Below, in pieces: positions 28,058-39,130 of a stretch of 64,000 nucleotides of DNA. The stretch comes from Azonexus sp. (GTDB taxonomy: Bacteria > Pseudomonadota > Gammaproteobacteria > Burkholderiales > Rhodocyclaceae): contig JAUYSK010000024.1 of the NCBI GenBank assembly GCA_030696345.1, forward strand, positions 239,566-303,565, written 5' to 3'. The translations under genes and the position numbers were made by a program. The notes under the pieces were generated by a model, which was not told the origin of the DNA, did no database searches, and saw only the letters and a program-made list of their open reading frames with translations. How positions within the stretch are numbered: position 1 is the first letter of the stretch; each line of letters begins with the position of its first letter.

Positions 28058-29995
28058 ATGACTCTAATAAAACGAAAGGACAATGTCAATTACCTAGACA
28101 TTCTCAAGAAAGAAGAAACATACAATGCTTGCTCATCACTCAATGACAAGTCACTCATGGCTCAATACTGCGAAGAATTTTCGGATTACTTCTTTGTTGA
28201 AGACATGGGTGGAAAATCAGTAGTGATTAGCCCTATCCTTCACCAGCGTGCGAGCACCAATAATGATGGTAGCGAATCCTTCGTCAATGACTTCTCATAC
28301 TCCTATTTTTCACAGGCAGAGTTCTGCAAGTCAAAGATCAAGTCTCACTTCAAAATTGACAAGCAATACAATAAATCCACGTATCAGGTTGACGTTTCAT
28401 TCGCCAATTTCTGGCTTGAAACTCGCACTGATATTTGCACCAGCTACAAGCGCACAGTTTTTGACCCCAACCCAAAGTTTAACGATCCCCAGATCTTCAA
28501 TTTTTGGACTGGATTTGCCGATCCGATCAAAGGCGATGTCACGCCATTTCTGAACCACATTGAAAACCTTATTGAAGGCACTGCTGAGCAGAAGGCCCAT
28601 ATCATCAAGTTGATCGGCTACACCGTGAAGTTCCCACACATCCGAACCGACACGACAATCATCCTTCAAGGCAAGCAGGGTTCAGGCAAAACCACCATTT
28701 CCGAGACACTTCGCGCTATGTGTCCGAACCATACCGCTGTCGTGGATAACCTTGACGATCTCTTGACCGGTTTCAATCATGAGTACCACCACACCAAATA
28801 TTTTCTGCACGAAGAGTCAATTTTCTCTGGTGACAAGAAGACGAATGAGCAGATCAAGCCATTGATCACCGGCAACACTCGCAAGAGCAGGATCAAGAAC
28901 ATCACTTCGGTGGAAATCCAGAATTATTCATTTCACATTTTTACCAGCAATAATGACAACCCAGTTCGTATTGAGGATAGTGACCGCCGTCACAATGCCT
29001 TCACTTGCAGCAACAAGCTCATTGGCTACAAGCCTTATTTCAAATCCTACTATGACTGGCTAAACAACGGCGGCGCGAATGCTTTGGTGCACTTTTTCCA
29101 GAACGAAGTGGATTACACCCATTTTGAGCCGACCATTTCGATTGAAACTGATGCCAAGAATTTGATCAAGGCGCAGAACCTAGAGCCTGTAGAGAATTTC
29201 ATCTTCAATATTTTGGCTGGTGCGATTGACCCAATTCCCGGTGACAAACGCTACATGACCGACAACATGGAGAGCCAAGAGCTTGCCATTCCCCGCGCTG
29301 AGCTTTTTGAGCATTTTCAGTCATTCCATAAAATCCCTGGGCGCAACATCATCAATTTCAGCCAGCAGAGTTTCAATGCTCAGATGCAGAAAATTTTTCA
29401 ATTTCCTGATAGTTATACCGAGTGGAAAAGCAAAGCCATTGGACGTTACTTCAAGTTTCCCAAATTGTCTGATGCCCGCGAACGCTTTGCTCAGCATATC
29501 AAGGTCAGTGACTTCTTCAGTTTGACTTGCCCATCGGCTGCGGCTCCCGCAATTGATGATCAAGCAAATGGCGCAGAAACTGGTTTGCTATCCCTTGTGA
29601 CCCAACCGTCCAAACCATTGCCAGCCAAGAACAAGCTTGAACTCGCAAAACACAGGATCAAGCCAATCAATTTCACTATGCCTGCAAAGACCGAAATGCC
29701 ATCAGTTCAGGCTGTACCTCCAAATGCCGAATCTGGCGCAAGCGAAGTGTCGCCTACGCCCGCAGAAAAGGTAGCTGTCCAACAAGCCCAGTCTGGCTTG
29801 CACGACAGCAAGATCAAGCAGCCATTCAACGACTGCGATCCATTTGCCGACGATTTTGATGACGACCCACTTGCATGGAAGCCCCCTGCCAGCCATTCCG
29901 ACGAGTGCTGGACAGACAGCATTGCCGACAAAAAATATGTGGCACCACCAGCGAAGGAAAAATTGAATTTTGGCCGACGAGCTGTAACCCACTAA
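28058..29995 (+). CDS. Replication protein with SF3/D5-like helicase (DUF5906-type)
   Basis: FNFWTGF, Walker A GKQGSGKT, motif C IFTSN, DSDRRH; low-complexity C-terminal tail. Confidence 0.8.
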   Translation: MTLIKRKDNVNYLDILKKEETYNACSSLNDKSLMAQYCEEFSDYFFVEDMGGKSVVISPILHQRASTNNDGSESFVNDFSYSYFSQAEFCKSKIKSHFKIDKQYNKSTYQVDVSFANFWLETRTDICTSYKRTVFDPNPKFNDPQIFNFWTGFADPIKGDVTPFLNHIENLIEGTAEQKAHIIKLIGYTVKFPHIRTDTTIILQGKQGSGKTTISETLRAMCPNHTAVVDNLDDLLTGFNHEYHHTKYFLHEESIFSGDKKTNEQIKPLITGNTRKSRIKNITSVEIQNYSFHIFTSNNDNPVRIEDSDRRHNAFTCSNKLIGYKPYFKSYYDWLNNGGANALVHFFQNEVDYTHFEPTISIETDAKNLIKAQNLEPVENFIFNILAGAIDPIPGDKRYMTDNMESQELAIPRAELFEHFQSFHKIPGRNIINFSQQSFNAQMQKIFQFPDSYTEWKSKAIGRYFKFPKLSDARERFAQHIKVSDFFSLTCPSAAAPAIDDQANGAETGLLSLVTQPSKPLPAKNKLELAKHRIKPINFTMPAKTEMPSVQAVPPNAESGASEVSPTPAEKVAVQQAQSGLHDSKIKQPFNDCDPFADDFDDDPLAWKPPASHSDECWTDSIADKKYVAPPAKEKLNFGRRAVTH

Positions 29996-30000
29996 CCCCA

Positions 30001-30025
30001 AGAGACTCATCCGAGTCTCTTTTTT
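30001..30025 (+). terminator. Rho-independent terminator of rep
   Basis: AGAGACTC-ATCC-GAGTCTCT followed by a T-run. Confidence 0.8.
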
Positions 30026-30536
30026 CTGTGGAATCTTGCTGTGTTGACCACCGAATTGCATCGGCGTTGACCAGGCTATTCATCAACTTGACCAGCCCAA
30101 GTTGAACGGCAAGTCGGTGCCCAATGCTGACCTTCGCGCCATTACCTGCCGAATGGCAGGTTACAAATGTTCATCCACTGGTCGAATCCGCAAATTACAG
30201 TGGCCGCTCCACGCTAATGCCAAATGACAATTTCTTGGCCAAGCAGCCATGCGCCTTCTCTCGCTGTTCAGTCTAATTTAGATACCTTAGCGGACTGCAT
30301 AACCGGTAACCGAGTGCATGACAAATCGGTGCCCAATTAGAGGAATTAAAAGCTGAAGAATAGAATCTGGTCGCACGATCAGCCAGGATGAGATTACCGA
30401 AAAATTAGCGGGCCAGCCAGTCCTGTCACGAAGTCCGAGAGCTCATCTTTGTGGGAACAGGAAATGAGATCAATTGCTTCAAAGACAGGAAGAAATCTGG
30501 AAATCAGCTAAAAACAATATTCTGGGCCGAGCGAGA

Positions 30537-30764
30537 TTATTTTCTTCCTCGTATATTTCCGTGGGCATGCCTTATTCTCGAGGCAAGCCGCTTCGAAAAT
30601 GGCAGACGTTTTTTCCGGCGTCTCAGATAGCGCTCAAGTAACCATATGCCCAGAAAAACCGCAATAATCATTGCCCAGACGACTAAGACCTGTGCGGGTG
30701 TAGAAGCAGAGGTGCTCAAATGCTGCAACATGTCCGGCGTACCTGTATTTGGCGGGGGCTGCAA
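30537..30764 (-). CDS. Small membrane protein
   Basis: One TM segment followed by a basic tail. Confidence 0.45.
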   Translation of the reverse strand: MQPPPNTGTPDMLQHLSTSASTPAQVLVVWAMIIAVFLGIWLLERYLRRRKKRLPFSKRLASRIRHAHGNIRGRK

Positions 30765-30815
30765 AGGTAATTAGGCCGGCACGTACCAAAGACGGCCTAA
30801 TTACCGATCTTCGAC

Positions 30816-31199
30816 TTACTTCAAAACAAATCGGGCGTTGGTGGATTTGCCCGCATAATTCACTTGAGCAACAACCTTGGTGCCAGATGAAATGCTGAAC
30901 GCACCCTTGGCCGCTAGTTTGTCGCCGTCCGCTTGAAGATTGACTTCTTGAGTTTGGCTTCCTGACAGTAGTGTGACCTTTGCCGAGGCTTTCGAGACAT
31001 CGACCGGCTTGCCGTGATCTCTCAGATACAGTTGGATGCTGTCGGACTTGGCTACCAGTTCGAAGTCCATATCCTTGACTTCGGTAACAATGCCGCCGTG
31101 CAGTGGTTTGTGTTCATGACCGTGATCATGATCGCCAGCTGCTCCGACGAGGCCGGACGTTCCCAGCGCAAGGGCAAAAATAAAATGTGCAATTTTCAT
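30816..31199 (-). CDS. Periplasmic His-rich metal-resistance accessory protein
   Basis: Signal peptide, DHDHGHEHKPLHGG; located downstream of czcA. Confidence 0.75.
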   Translation of the reverse strand: MKIAHFIFALALGTSGLVGAAGDHDHGHEHKPLHGGIVTEVKDMDFELVAKSDSIQLYLRDHGKPVDVSKASAKVTLLSGSQTQEVNLQADGDKLAAKGAFSISSGTKVVAQVNYAGKSTNARFVLK

Positions 31200-31457
31200 G
31201 GCTTTCCTTTCGTGTGATAAATCTGTTGGCGCGTACTCGGCTGAAGTCCGGCAACGTTTTTTTCAACGCCTTCGGCGCCGCAATCGCCTGATTAGCAGGG
31301 CACTGTATTTCTCCACAGGCTTCCGTCTGCGTTCGTTCATTCCGATAAAAACACAAAAGCCAAAAATGACCGCGACCAGGCATAACCCGATAAAGAGCAG
31401 TTGAAACTCAAGGTGATGGTGTAGAAGGTGGCTTAGCACTTGGTGAACGGCTTTGAA

Positions 31458-31772
31458 TCAACTACCAGCAGGTTTTCCGCAGGTCGGACAGAACTTAGCG
31501 CCGGATGCCAGCTCGGTTTGGCATCCAGGGCAGCGACCAGCGTTGAAAGCCAGTCCACACTGAACGCAAGAGCTGGCGTCCGAAACGCTCGGTGCTCCAC
31601 AGTCTGGACAAGCCTTGGTCGCCGAACTTGGTGCAGGTGCGGCGGCATTCTGTGGATAGTTATCTCCCCTGGCTTGATGCTTACCACCATGCCGACCGGA
31701 GTAATCGCTACCGCCATGCTTGTCATGATGGCTGCTGGTTACGCTTCTCATGAGCTTTTCCAAGAATCCCAT
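31458..31772 (-). CDS. Double zinc-ribbon protein
   Basis: Four CxxC pairs; His-rich N-terminus. Start MGFLEK. Confidence 0.7.
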   Translation of the reverse strand: MGFLEKLMRSVTSSHHDKHGGSDYSGRHGGKHQARGDNYPQNAAAPAPSSATKACPDCGAPSVSDASSCVQCGLAFNAGRCPGCQTELASGAKFCPTCGKPAGS

Positions 31773-31870
31773 ATTGATCTCCTTCAACATCAGCGGGGAC
31801 AATCCGCAAGGAGCCAAGCTGTCATGGTGACAGGCCTGTCCGACTCCGAGCGGATCGTAAAATTACCCCG

Positions 31871-34800
31871 CTAGCTTGTCGTGGTGTCCGGTATTGCCGT
31901 AAAGTCCTCCTCGTCTGCATCCTTGCCATGGACTAGGCGATATAGCAGTGGCAAAACAAGCAGCGTCAGCGCAGTCGATGACAGGATGCCGCCGATCACC
32001 ACCGTAGCGAGCGGGCGTTGGACTTCAGCGCCAGTTCCTATGGCAATCGCCATGGGGACAAAACCGAGGGAAGCCACCAAAGCCGTCATCAGGACAGGAC
32101 GCAGGCGAGTCAGCGCCCCTTCATGAATGGCGTCATCCAGAGAGCGTCCTTCTTCTCGCAAATTGCGAATGAAGGAAATCATCACCAGACCGTTCAGTAC
32201 CGCCACGCCGGACAAGGCGATGAAACCGATGCCGGCCGAAATCGAAAGCGGAATGTCCCTCAGCCAGAGCGCGACGACACCACCCGTGAGCGCGAACGGA
32301 ATGCCGGTAAAGACCAGCAGGCCGTCCTTCACGTTCCCGAACATGGCGAACAGGAGGGTAAATACCAACAGCAAGGCTACGGGCACCACGATCTTGAGGC
32401 GTTTCGAAGCCGATTCCAGTTGTTCGAAAGTTCCGCCCCAAGCAGTCCAGTATCCGGTCGGAATTTTGACCCCGGCTAGGCCTGCCTGAGCCTCGCTAAC
32501 GAAGGAGCCAATATCTCGTCCCCGAACGTTCGAACTGACAACAACGCGACGCTTGCCGTTTTCACGACTAACTTGGTTCGGACCCGGTGCGATCTCAAGG
32601 CTGGCGACTTCACCCAAGGGAATATAGGTCGTACGTGCTTCAACCCCATTTCCAGCAGCAGCCCCCTTCGGCAAAGCGATTGGCAAACGCTTCAGCGATT
32701 CGAGATCCGAGCGCAGGTTATCCGGCAAACGCACAACAATATCGAAGCGGCGGTCACCTTCAAACATGGTTCCAGCCTCTCGGCCACCAATCGCGGTCGA
32801 GATTGCATCCTGAACATCGCCAATATTGAGTCCATAACGAGCCGTCTTCTCCCGATCGATATTCACGGTCAGCATGGGCAAGCCCGTCGTCTGTTCGATC
32901 TTGACCTCGGAAGCGCCTGGGATTTTTTCCAAGACAGCGGAAATCTTGCTGGCCGTTTCGTTCATCACGTCCATATCGTCACCAAATATCTTGATGGCAA
33001 CATCGCTGCGCACCCCGGAGATCAGTTCATTGAAACGCAACTGGATCGGCTGGGAAAACTCATAGGCATTCCCTGGCAACTTTCCAACGGTCTCCTGGAT
33101 GGCCGCCCGCAGTTCGTCCCGCGACTTCCGTGGTTCCGGCCACTCGGTTTCGGGCTTCAGCATGATGTAGCCATCAGAAATATTGGGGGGCATCGGATCT
33201 GAGGCGATTTCGGCCGTGCCAGTTCTCGCAAAGATTCTATCGATCTCCGGATACTCGGCCTTGAGCTGTTTTTCCAATTGTTGCTGCATGGCCACCGACT
33301 GTGAGAGGCTTGTTCCCGGAATGCGCAGTGCCTGGATCGCGAAGTCGCCTTCATTCAGACTCGGCACAAATTCACTCCCCATGCGCGTAGCGACCAAGCC
33401 TGAGAGAAGAACCACGACTGCCGTGAAGACTAACACCACGGGTTTGTTTGCCATGACGCCAGCCAGAACGGGCTCATACCAGCGCTTGGCTGCCCGCATG
33501 AGGAAGTTTTCCTTTTCGTCCACCTTTTCACCTATAAACAGTGCGACGGCTGCTGGAATGAAGGTGACGGAGAGGATCATGGCACCCACGAGCGCGGTGA
33601 CCACGGTAAAGGCCATGGGGTGGAACATCTTTCCTTCAACACCGGTGAGCGCGAAAATCGGCAGATAGACGATCATGATGATGAGCTGACCGAAGAGTAG
33701 AGGACGCCGTGCTTCGCGGGAAGCTGCAAAGACCTCATGGAAGCGCTCTGTTCGCGTCAATGGTCGTCCGTGATGTGCCTGAGCATGGGCTAGTCTGCGA
33801 ACACAGTTCTCGACGATGACGACTGCACCGTCAATGATGATCCCAAAGTCGAGAGCGCCGAGGCTCATCAGGTTGGCGCTAATATGGTAGGTCACCATCC
33901 CCGAAAATGTGAATAGCATGGAGAGCGGGATCACCATGGCGGTGATTACTGCCGCTCGGATGTTGCCGAGGAACAGGAACAGAATGACGATGACCAATAC
34001 GGCGCCTTCCAGAAGGTTCTTCTTGACGGTACTGATCGCTTTGTCCACCAGGACGGTGCGATCATAGACAGTCACCGCCTTGATACCTTCCGGCAGATTG
34101 CGGTTAATTTCGGCCATTTTTTGGTCGACCGCCCGCGAGACGGTGCGACTGTTCTCGCCGATCAACATGAATACCGTGCCGAGCACGACTTCCCGACCGT
34201 TGTCAGTCGCGGCGCCAGTGCGCAGTTCGCGACCGATGCCGACCTCGGCGACGTCACGGATACGAATCGACACGCCTTGAACATTGCCCAGGATGACGTT
34301 CCTGATATCCTCGATACTCCGTACCTGGCCAGGCGCACGAATCAGATACTGTTCGCCGCGCTTCTCGATATATCCAGCGCCAACGTTGCTGTTATTGCGG
34401 TCGATGGCAATCACCACATCCTGAAGGGTCAGGCCGTAGGAAGCCAGCTTTTCAGGGCTGGGTGCGACCTGATACTCTTTGGCGAAGCCACCAATCGAGT
34501 TGATCTCGGTCACGCCCGTCACGTTGCGTAATTGCGGCTTGATAATCCAATCCTGAATCTCACGCAGATCGGTCGGCATGTAAGAGGTGCCATCCGGTTT
34601 TTTGGCGCCATCCTCCGCTTCCACCGTCCAGAGGTAGATTTCTCCTAGCCCGGTCGAGATCGGCCCCATTGCCGGCGCTATTCCTGCCGGGAGTTTTTCC
34701 TTGGCTTCCTGAATCCGCTGATTGACCAGTTGGCGGGCAAAATAGATATCCGTTCCATCCTTGAAAATCACCGTAACCTGAGATAAACCATAACGAGACA

Positions 34801-35053
34801 GGGAGCGAGTTTGTTCCAGATGCGGCAGACCGGCCATGACGGTCTCGACCGGATAAGTCACCCGCTGCTCGACTTCCAGCGGTGAATAGCCCGGAGCAGC
34901 CGTGTTGATCTGTACTTGAACATTCGTGATATCCGGTACCGCGTCGATCGGCAGGCGCTGATAGTTATAGATGCCTAGCCCGGCCATGCCGAGCACGGCC
35001 AGCAAGACCAGCCAGCGGTGCTCGATGGCAAGGCGAATGATGCGTTCAAACAT
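31871..35053 (-). CDS. czcA: Heavy-metal RND efflux permease CzcA
   Basis: RLPIDAVPDITNVQVQI, ANLMSLGALDFG, RLRPVLMTA. Confidence 0.95.
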   Translation of the reverse strand: MFERIIRLAIEHRWLVLLAVLGMAGLGIYNYQRLPIDAVPDITNVQVQINTAAPGYSPLEVEQRVTYPVETVMAGLPHLEQTRSLSRYGLSQVTVIFKDGTDIYFARQLVNQRIQEAKEKLPAGIAPAMGPISTGLGEIYLWTVEAEDGAKKPDGTSYMPTDLREIQDWIIKPQLRNVTGVTEINSIGGFAKEYQVAPSPEKLASYGLTLQDVVIAIDRNNSNVGAGYIEKRGEQYLIRAPGQVRSIEDIRNVILGNVQGVSIRIRDVAEVGIGRELRTGAATDNGREVVLGTVFMLIGENSRTVSRAVDQKMAEINRNLPEGIKAVTVYDRTVLVDKAISTVKKNLLEGAVLVIVILFLFLGNIRAAVITAMVIPLSMLFTFSGMVTYHISANLMSLGALDFGIIIDGAVVIVENCVRRLAHAQAHHGRPLTRTERFHEVFAASREARRPLLFGQLIIMIVYLPIFALTGVEGKMFHPMAFTVVTALVGAMILSVTFIPAAVALFIGEKVDEKENFLMRAAKRWYEPVLAGVMANKPVVLVFTAVVVLLSGLVATRMGSEFVPSLNEGDFAIQALRIPGTSLSQSVAMQQQLEKQLKAEYPEIDRIFARTGTAEIASDPMPPNISDGYIMLKPETEWPEPRKSRDELRAAIQETVGKLPGNAYEFSQPIQLRFNELISGVRSDVAIKIFGDDMDVMNETASKISAVLEKIPGASEVKIEQTTGLPMLTVNIDREKTARYGLNIGDVQDAISTAIGGREAGTMFEGDRRFDIVVRLPDNLRSDLESLKRLPIALPKGAAAGNGVEARTTYIPLGEVASLEIAPGPNQVSRENGKRRVVVSSNVRGRDIGSFVSEAQAGLAGVKIPTGYWTAWGGTFEQLESASKRLKIVVPVALLLVFTLLFAMFGNVKDGLLVFTGIPFALTGGVVALWLRDIPLSISAGIGFIALSGVAVLNGLVMISFIRNLREEGRSLDDAIHEGALTRLRPVLMTALVASLGFVPMAIAIGTGAEVQRPLATVVIGGILSSTALTLLVLPLLYRLVHGKDADEEDFTAIPDTTTS

Positions 35054-35069
35054 GTCGTTCTCCCTCGCC

Positions 35070-36674
35070 TTAGTGGCTGTGCTCGGCGCTACCCTTGCCG
35101 AGCTCCGACTTCAGAATGAAGCTGCCCGACGCTGCATAAGAGCTTCCAGCCTTTATCCCGCTCACCACTTCGATGAATTTGCCATCGGAACGGCCCAGGG
35201 TCACCGGTTGCGCAACGAAGCCATCCGGCACCTTGATGAAAACGATACTCTTGTCACCGATTGTCTGGATGGCTTCGGAAAGCACACTGACAGGAACCTC
35301 CGCCTCGCCGGAAACGACTTCGACATTCACGAACAAGCCAGGGCGCCAGGCCATTTTCGGGTTGGCCAAGGTGACCCGCGCCTTCGCTGTACGCGTATCC
35401 TGCCCGAGTAAGGCACCAACGTAGGAGATGCTCCCTTCGGCTTTCGAGTCGAAGGCAGTCGCCTTGACAACAACCTTTTCACCCACCCGGATGACGTTCA
35501 AATCCTTGGCCGGAACGACAATCTCCGCCCAAACCGTAGACAAATCGGAAATCGTGAAAATACTGGCATCTTCCTTGACAGCCTCGCCAAGCGCGATGTG
35601 TTTTTCAACCACCATACCGTCAAAAGGGGCACGGATTTCGTAGCGATTGAGACTGCCCGAAACCGTGGCACTTGCACCGAGCGCAATCAATTTTTGCTGG
35701 TTGTTGGCAACAGCGATTTCGGTCTCCCTTAAGGTCTGTTGGGCTTGCAGGTAGTCTTGCTCGGCAGAAATTTTTTCTTCCCAGAGCTTCTTTTCCCGCT
35801 CGTACATGGATTTAGCCAGCGAGAGGCGCTTCTGTGCTGCCAGCAGTTCACTGCGTTGTTCGGACAGGCCTGTGCTCGCGATCACTGCCAGAACCTGGCC
35901 GCGCTTGACTGTCTGACCCAGATTGGCGGGAACACTCTCGACGACGCCGGCAAGACGGGGAACGACATGCGCTGTACGGTCCTCGTTGAAGCGGATTTCG
36001 CCGGGTAATTGCGCGGCAGTTTTGATTTTGGTGGGCGTGGCTTTCTGAATAACGATGGCGGCAGCCTTTACTTGCTCGTCCGTCAGTTCGATTTTTCCCT
36101 CTTCTCGCGTATCGATGAACAGGAAGGGGGTTTCGCCCAGACGCGCCGTAATCGCCGCTTCGAATACATGTGGTTCAGCAATCGGACTGGTGCTCTTCAG
36201 GTAGTCCTTCTCGGCTGCAAAGAGAATTTCCTGCTTCTCGCCGCCCGGTCGCGTCAGCGCTATCGAAACTTTGGCTGCGGTTGGTACCAGCGGCTTGTCT
36301 TGCTGGAACAACCAGACACGGAAACTCGGCTCACCGCCATCTTCGGATAGCAGCAACTCCAGGCCGAAACCATCCTCGGAAAAAAGCTTGCCGCCATGCG
36401 GTCCTGACTTCGGCGTATCCTCATGATGCTCCGAATCTCCGTGTTCCTTGGCATGGTCGTGTCCATCGCCGGCTTTGCTGCCATGATGCTCGGCATCGGC
36501 ATGGCCCTTGGCTTCGGCGTGGCTGGCGTGTTCATGCTGATCCCCGGCAGGTTTCGAGGTGCCGCTTCCCAGTATCCAGGCGCCCGCGACAATTCCTGTC
36601 GCCAGGATCACGGCAATAGCGATCCCTTGTTTTCTGGTGAGATTGAAGGTGTTCTTGTTGAAATTCATTTTCAC
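35070..36674 (-). CDS. czcB: RND membrane fusion protein CzcB (His-rich, extended N-terminus)
   Basis: His-rich linker, GPHGG domain, LPGEIRFNEDR, WRPGLFV. Confidence 0.9.
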   Translation of the reverse strand: MKMNFNKNTFNLTRKQGIAIAVILATGIVAGAWILGSGTSKPAGDQHEHASHAEAKGHADAEHHGSKAGDGHDHAKEHGDSEHHEDTPKSGPHGGKLFSEDGFGLELLLSEDGGEPSFRVWLFQQDKPLVPTAAKVSIALTRPGGEKQEILFAAEKDYLKSTSPIAEPHVFEAAITARLGETPFLFIDTREEGKIELTDEQVKAAAIVIQKATPTKIKTAAQLPGEIRFNEDRTAHVVPRLAGVVESVPANLGQTVKRGQVLAVIASTGLSEQRSELLAAQKRLSLAKSMYEREKKLWEEKISAEQDYLQAQQTLRETEIAVANNQQKLIALGASATVSGSLNRYEIRAPFDGMVVEKHIALGEAVKEDASIFTISDLSTVWAEIVVPAKDLNVIRVGEKVVVKATAFDSKAEGSISYVGALLGQDTRTAKARVTLANPKMAWRPGLFVNVEVVSGEAEVPVSVLSEAIQTIGDKSIVFIKVPDGFVAQPVTLGRSDGKFIEVVSGIKAGSSYAASGSFILKSELGKGSAEHSH

Positions 36675-36683
36675 AACGGGCTC

Positions 36684-38006
36684 CTACGGACGGCTGGGTA
36701 CAGCGGATGACATTGACTCGACGGAGCCCAGGACGCGCTCCAGTTCGGCTGCGGTCCGATGCGCATCGGACAAACTTCTAAGGTACTGGGCTCTTGCCTG
36801 AAAGAAGGTTCGTTGGGCATCCAGGACCTCCAGAAAACTAAATTTCCCCAGTTCAAATCCTTTGCTGGCAGCGTCATAGGCGCTGCGGGCGCCCGGCAAT
36901 ATTTCGCTTTGCAGGGTTTGCGCTTCAACGACCAGCGCCTTCAGACGCTCCTCATTTTGCGTTACCTCCGTGCCCAACCGAACCTCGGTCGCACTGAGTT
37001 CGTCGCGTGCCTTGTCGGCTCGTCGCTGCGCTTCAAGCACATTGCCCTGGTTGCGGTCGAAGATCGGGAAGGGAATCGATACACCCACAATGGTTTGATT
37101 GCGCCCAAGCTCTTCAACCTTTTTGGATCCCAGGCTGACGGTAACGTCAGGAATCCGTCGCGAACGCTCCAAATCGGCAAGCGCAGAAAAGCGAGCAGCC
37201 TCGTGGCGTGCACGAAGAAGCGCCGGGGAGGCGTTCAGGCGGCGGTTGATTTCTTCAGCAGAGCGGATCGACGGCAATATATCGGTACGTCCTTCGGCCT
37301 GCTCGAACCGAGGCGTCGAACTTCCCCAACTTGCGGCCAAACGCTTGCGAGCAGTTACCAGTTCTCGTTGTGCCTGGTTCAACTCCACCCGGGCGGAAGC
37401 TTCCGCCACACGAGCCTTGGTTTCTTCCACCGGAGATATCTTGCCGGCGGTCACTCGCCGTGAGGCCGCCTGGCTAGCGCGCTGGGCGAGACTAAGCAAG
37501 TCCCCGGCCTGTTGAACGCGTTCCTGAGCGACCAGAACATCGAAAAAGGCACCGATTACGGTTGCACGAACATCAAGGTGCTTGACTGACAGATCGGCTA
37601 CTGCCACCTCTCGACCCAGTTCGGCAGACGCAATGCGGGCGGACCGCTTGCCGCCGAGCTCGATCCGTTGGTTCAGCTGGATGGTCGTGGTTCGGGTAGC
37701 CTTGTTTTGCGTATCTTCGACGGAGGTTGAAATTTCGGGATTGGGCAGAATGCCCGCTTGGATTAAGGCCCCTTCGACGGCCCGCAATTCGTTGGCGGCG
37801 GCCGATAATTCCGGATTGGACGTCAGCGCGAGATCAATCGCCGCCGACAGAGTCAAGGAACCGGTTGGTTCATTGGCGAGCGCAGGAGCAAACGTTGTTG
37901 CGGACAGCGCATCTTGCATCTGCGCCGAGAGGTTGGTGCTGGCAAACACCGTGAATCCGAACAGAGTTCGGAACAACAACGTAGCAGCTAAATTTCTTGG
38001 GTACAT
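36684..38006 (-). CDS. czcC: Outer membrane efflux protein CzcC (TolC family)
   Basis: QAGILPNP, IELGGKR, GKFSFLEVLDAQRT. Confidence 0.9.
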   Translation of the reverse strand: MYPRNLAATLLFRTLFGFTVFASTNLSAQMQDALSATTFAPALANEPTGSLTLSAAIDLALTSNPELSAAANELRAVEGALIQAGILPNPEISTSVEDTQNKATRTTTIQLNQRIELGGKRSARIASAELGREVAVADLSVKHLDVRATVIGAFFDVLVAQERVQQAGDLLSLAQRASQAASRRVTAGKISPVEETKARVAEASARVELNQAQRELVTARKRLAASWGSSTPRFEQAEGRTDILPSIRSAEEINRRLNASPALLRARHEAARFSALADLERSRRIPDVTVSLGSKKVEELGRNQTIVGVSIPFPIFDRNQGNVLEAQRRADKARDELSATEVRLGTEVTQNEERLKALVVEAQTLQSEILPGARSAYDAASKGFELGKFSFLEVLDAQRTFFQARAQYLRSLSDAHRTAAELERVLGSVESMSSAVPSRP

Positions 38007-38131
38007 CCGATTCTCCAGTGATGAAACACACGTTGGGGAATCGGCGGGGAGCCATCCGGTAAGCGGAATGACACAGCTAGCGGCTCAGGCCGCAGCAAAC
38101 AGATTTGGGAAAAATGCCCCAGCCCCGCCGA

Positions 38132-38476
38132 TCAGGCGGAGACGGACCAGTTGGGACGTTCGGGCTGCTCGCCTGGCGGGGAAGTCAAAAACGAAACTGT
38201 CCGAAAATGATCAGCAGCAACACCGATTTCGGGCAGCGAACTGCTGAAGGCGGTCAATACGGCAATACAGCCCGCATGACAGACAGCACAATCATTGTCC
38301 ACGTCGGCAAGAGAAGCTGTGACAAGTTTCTCGTTATCTTCAGCGTGATGCTTGTGGTCGTGATGACCGAAGTGCTGTGACGATCCGGTTTCATGCTGGC
38401 AATAGGTCGCTGCCACCGCCCAGGAAATCTGGAGCGGCAAGATAATCAACAGGAAAATGGACAGCCAGCGACGCAT
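38132..38476 (-). CDS. czcI: CzcI-like metal-binding regulatory protein
   Basis: LPLQISWA..YCQHE..HFGHHDH..DCAVCH..PERPNW; located upstream of czcC. Confidence 0.8.
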   Translation of the reverse strand: MRRWLSIFLLIILPLQISWAVAATYCQHETGSSQHFGHHDHKHHAEDNEKLVTASLADVDNDCAVCHAGCIAVLTAFSSSLPEIGVAADHFRTVSFLTSPPGEQPERPNWSVSA

Positions 38477-38607
38477 GAGGGATATAGTAACAGATCAGAA
38501 GTGTTTAAAAGCCAAGTTTCCGGAGGGGATTGAATTGTGAGGCGACCGGATGATGACCAGCTTCCTTGCTCATCATCCGATGGGCGACACATCCCCTCGG
38601 GGCGTAG

Positions 38608-38985
38608 TTAACCACCCTGGTACAACGCGTCACGCTGCTTCTTTTCTTCCGGGGTCATGTCCATGGAAGGCGCTGGCGTGTTGTGCTGGAGTTTATCGAC
38701 GTGTTGCCATTTACCATCACGATAGGCATATTCGTGAGGAATCAGTGCCCAGCCTTGGTCACCACCAACATAGCGATACTGGCCGTCAGCGCTAACCGGA
38801 TTGCGTTTGAGGTCATCGAGTTCCTGTTGCACCTTCTGGGCGGATTTGCTGCTCGTATCGTGCGCAGGGTAGAATTTCGACGTACCCTCCGGCGTGCTGT
38901 GAATGACCGACTCGGCCAGCACCTGCCCTGACAGGGCCAATCCGGCACAGAGAACGGGGATGGAAAGTGCTTGTTTGACGTTCAT
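38608..38985 (-). CDS. Secreted hypothetical protein (metal-cluster associated)
   Basis: Signal peptide; divergent from the two-component genes. Confidence 0.65.
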   Translation of the reverse strand: MNVKQALSIPVLCAGLALSGQVLAESVIHSTPEGTSKFYPAHDTSSKSAQKVQQELDDLKRNPVSADGQYRYVGGDQGWALIPHEYAYRDGKWQHVDKLQHNTPAPSMDMTPEEKKQRDALYQGG

Positions 38986-39130
38986 GATGGAACTCCTTCA
39001 TTGATGTTTCGGTTCATTGGGTTTGGGGTATGCCGAACAACTGACTGGCATGGATGAACTATAAATAAACAGCAGTGACAGAACGCCAACAGGAAGTTTA
39101 CAAAATTGACATCTTTCGATTCGTGAAGAA

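Noticed and set aside
30030-30530. IS or transposon end at the left edge of the metal cargo
   Set aside because: No terminal inverted repeats, target duplication or transposase were recognised. A shared 11-mer (CACGTACCAAA at ~30780 and ~45040) is too short to support a boundary.
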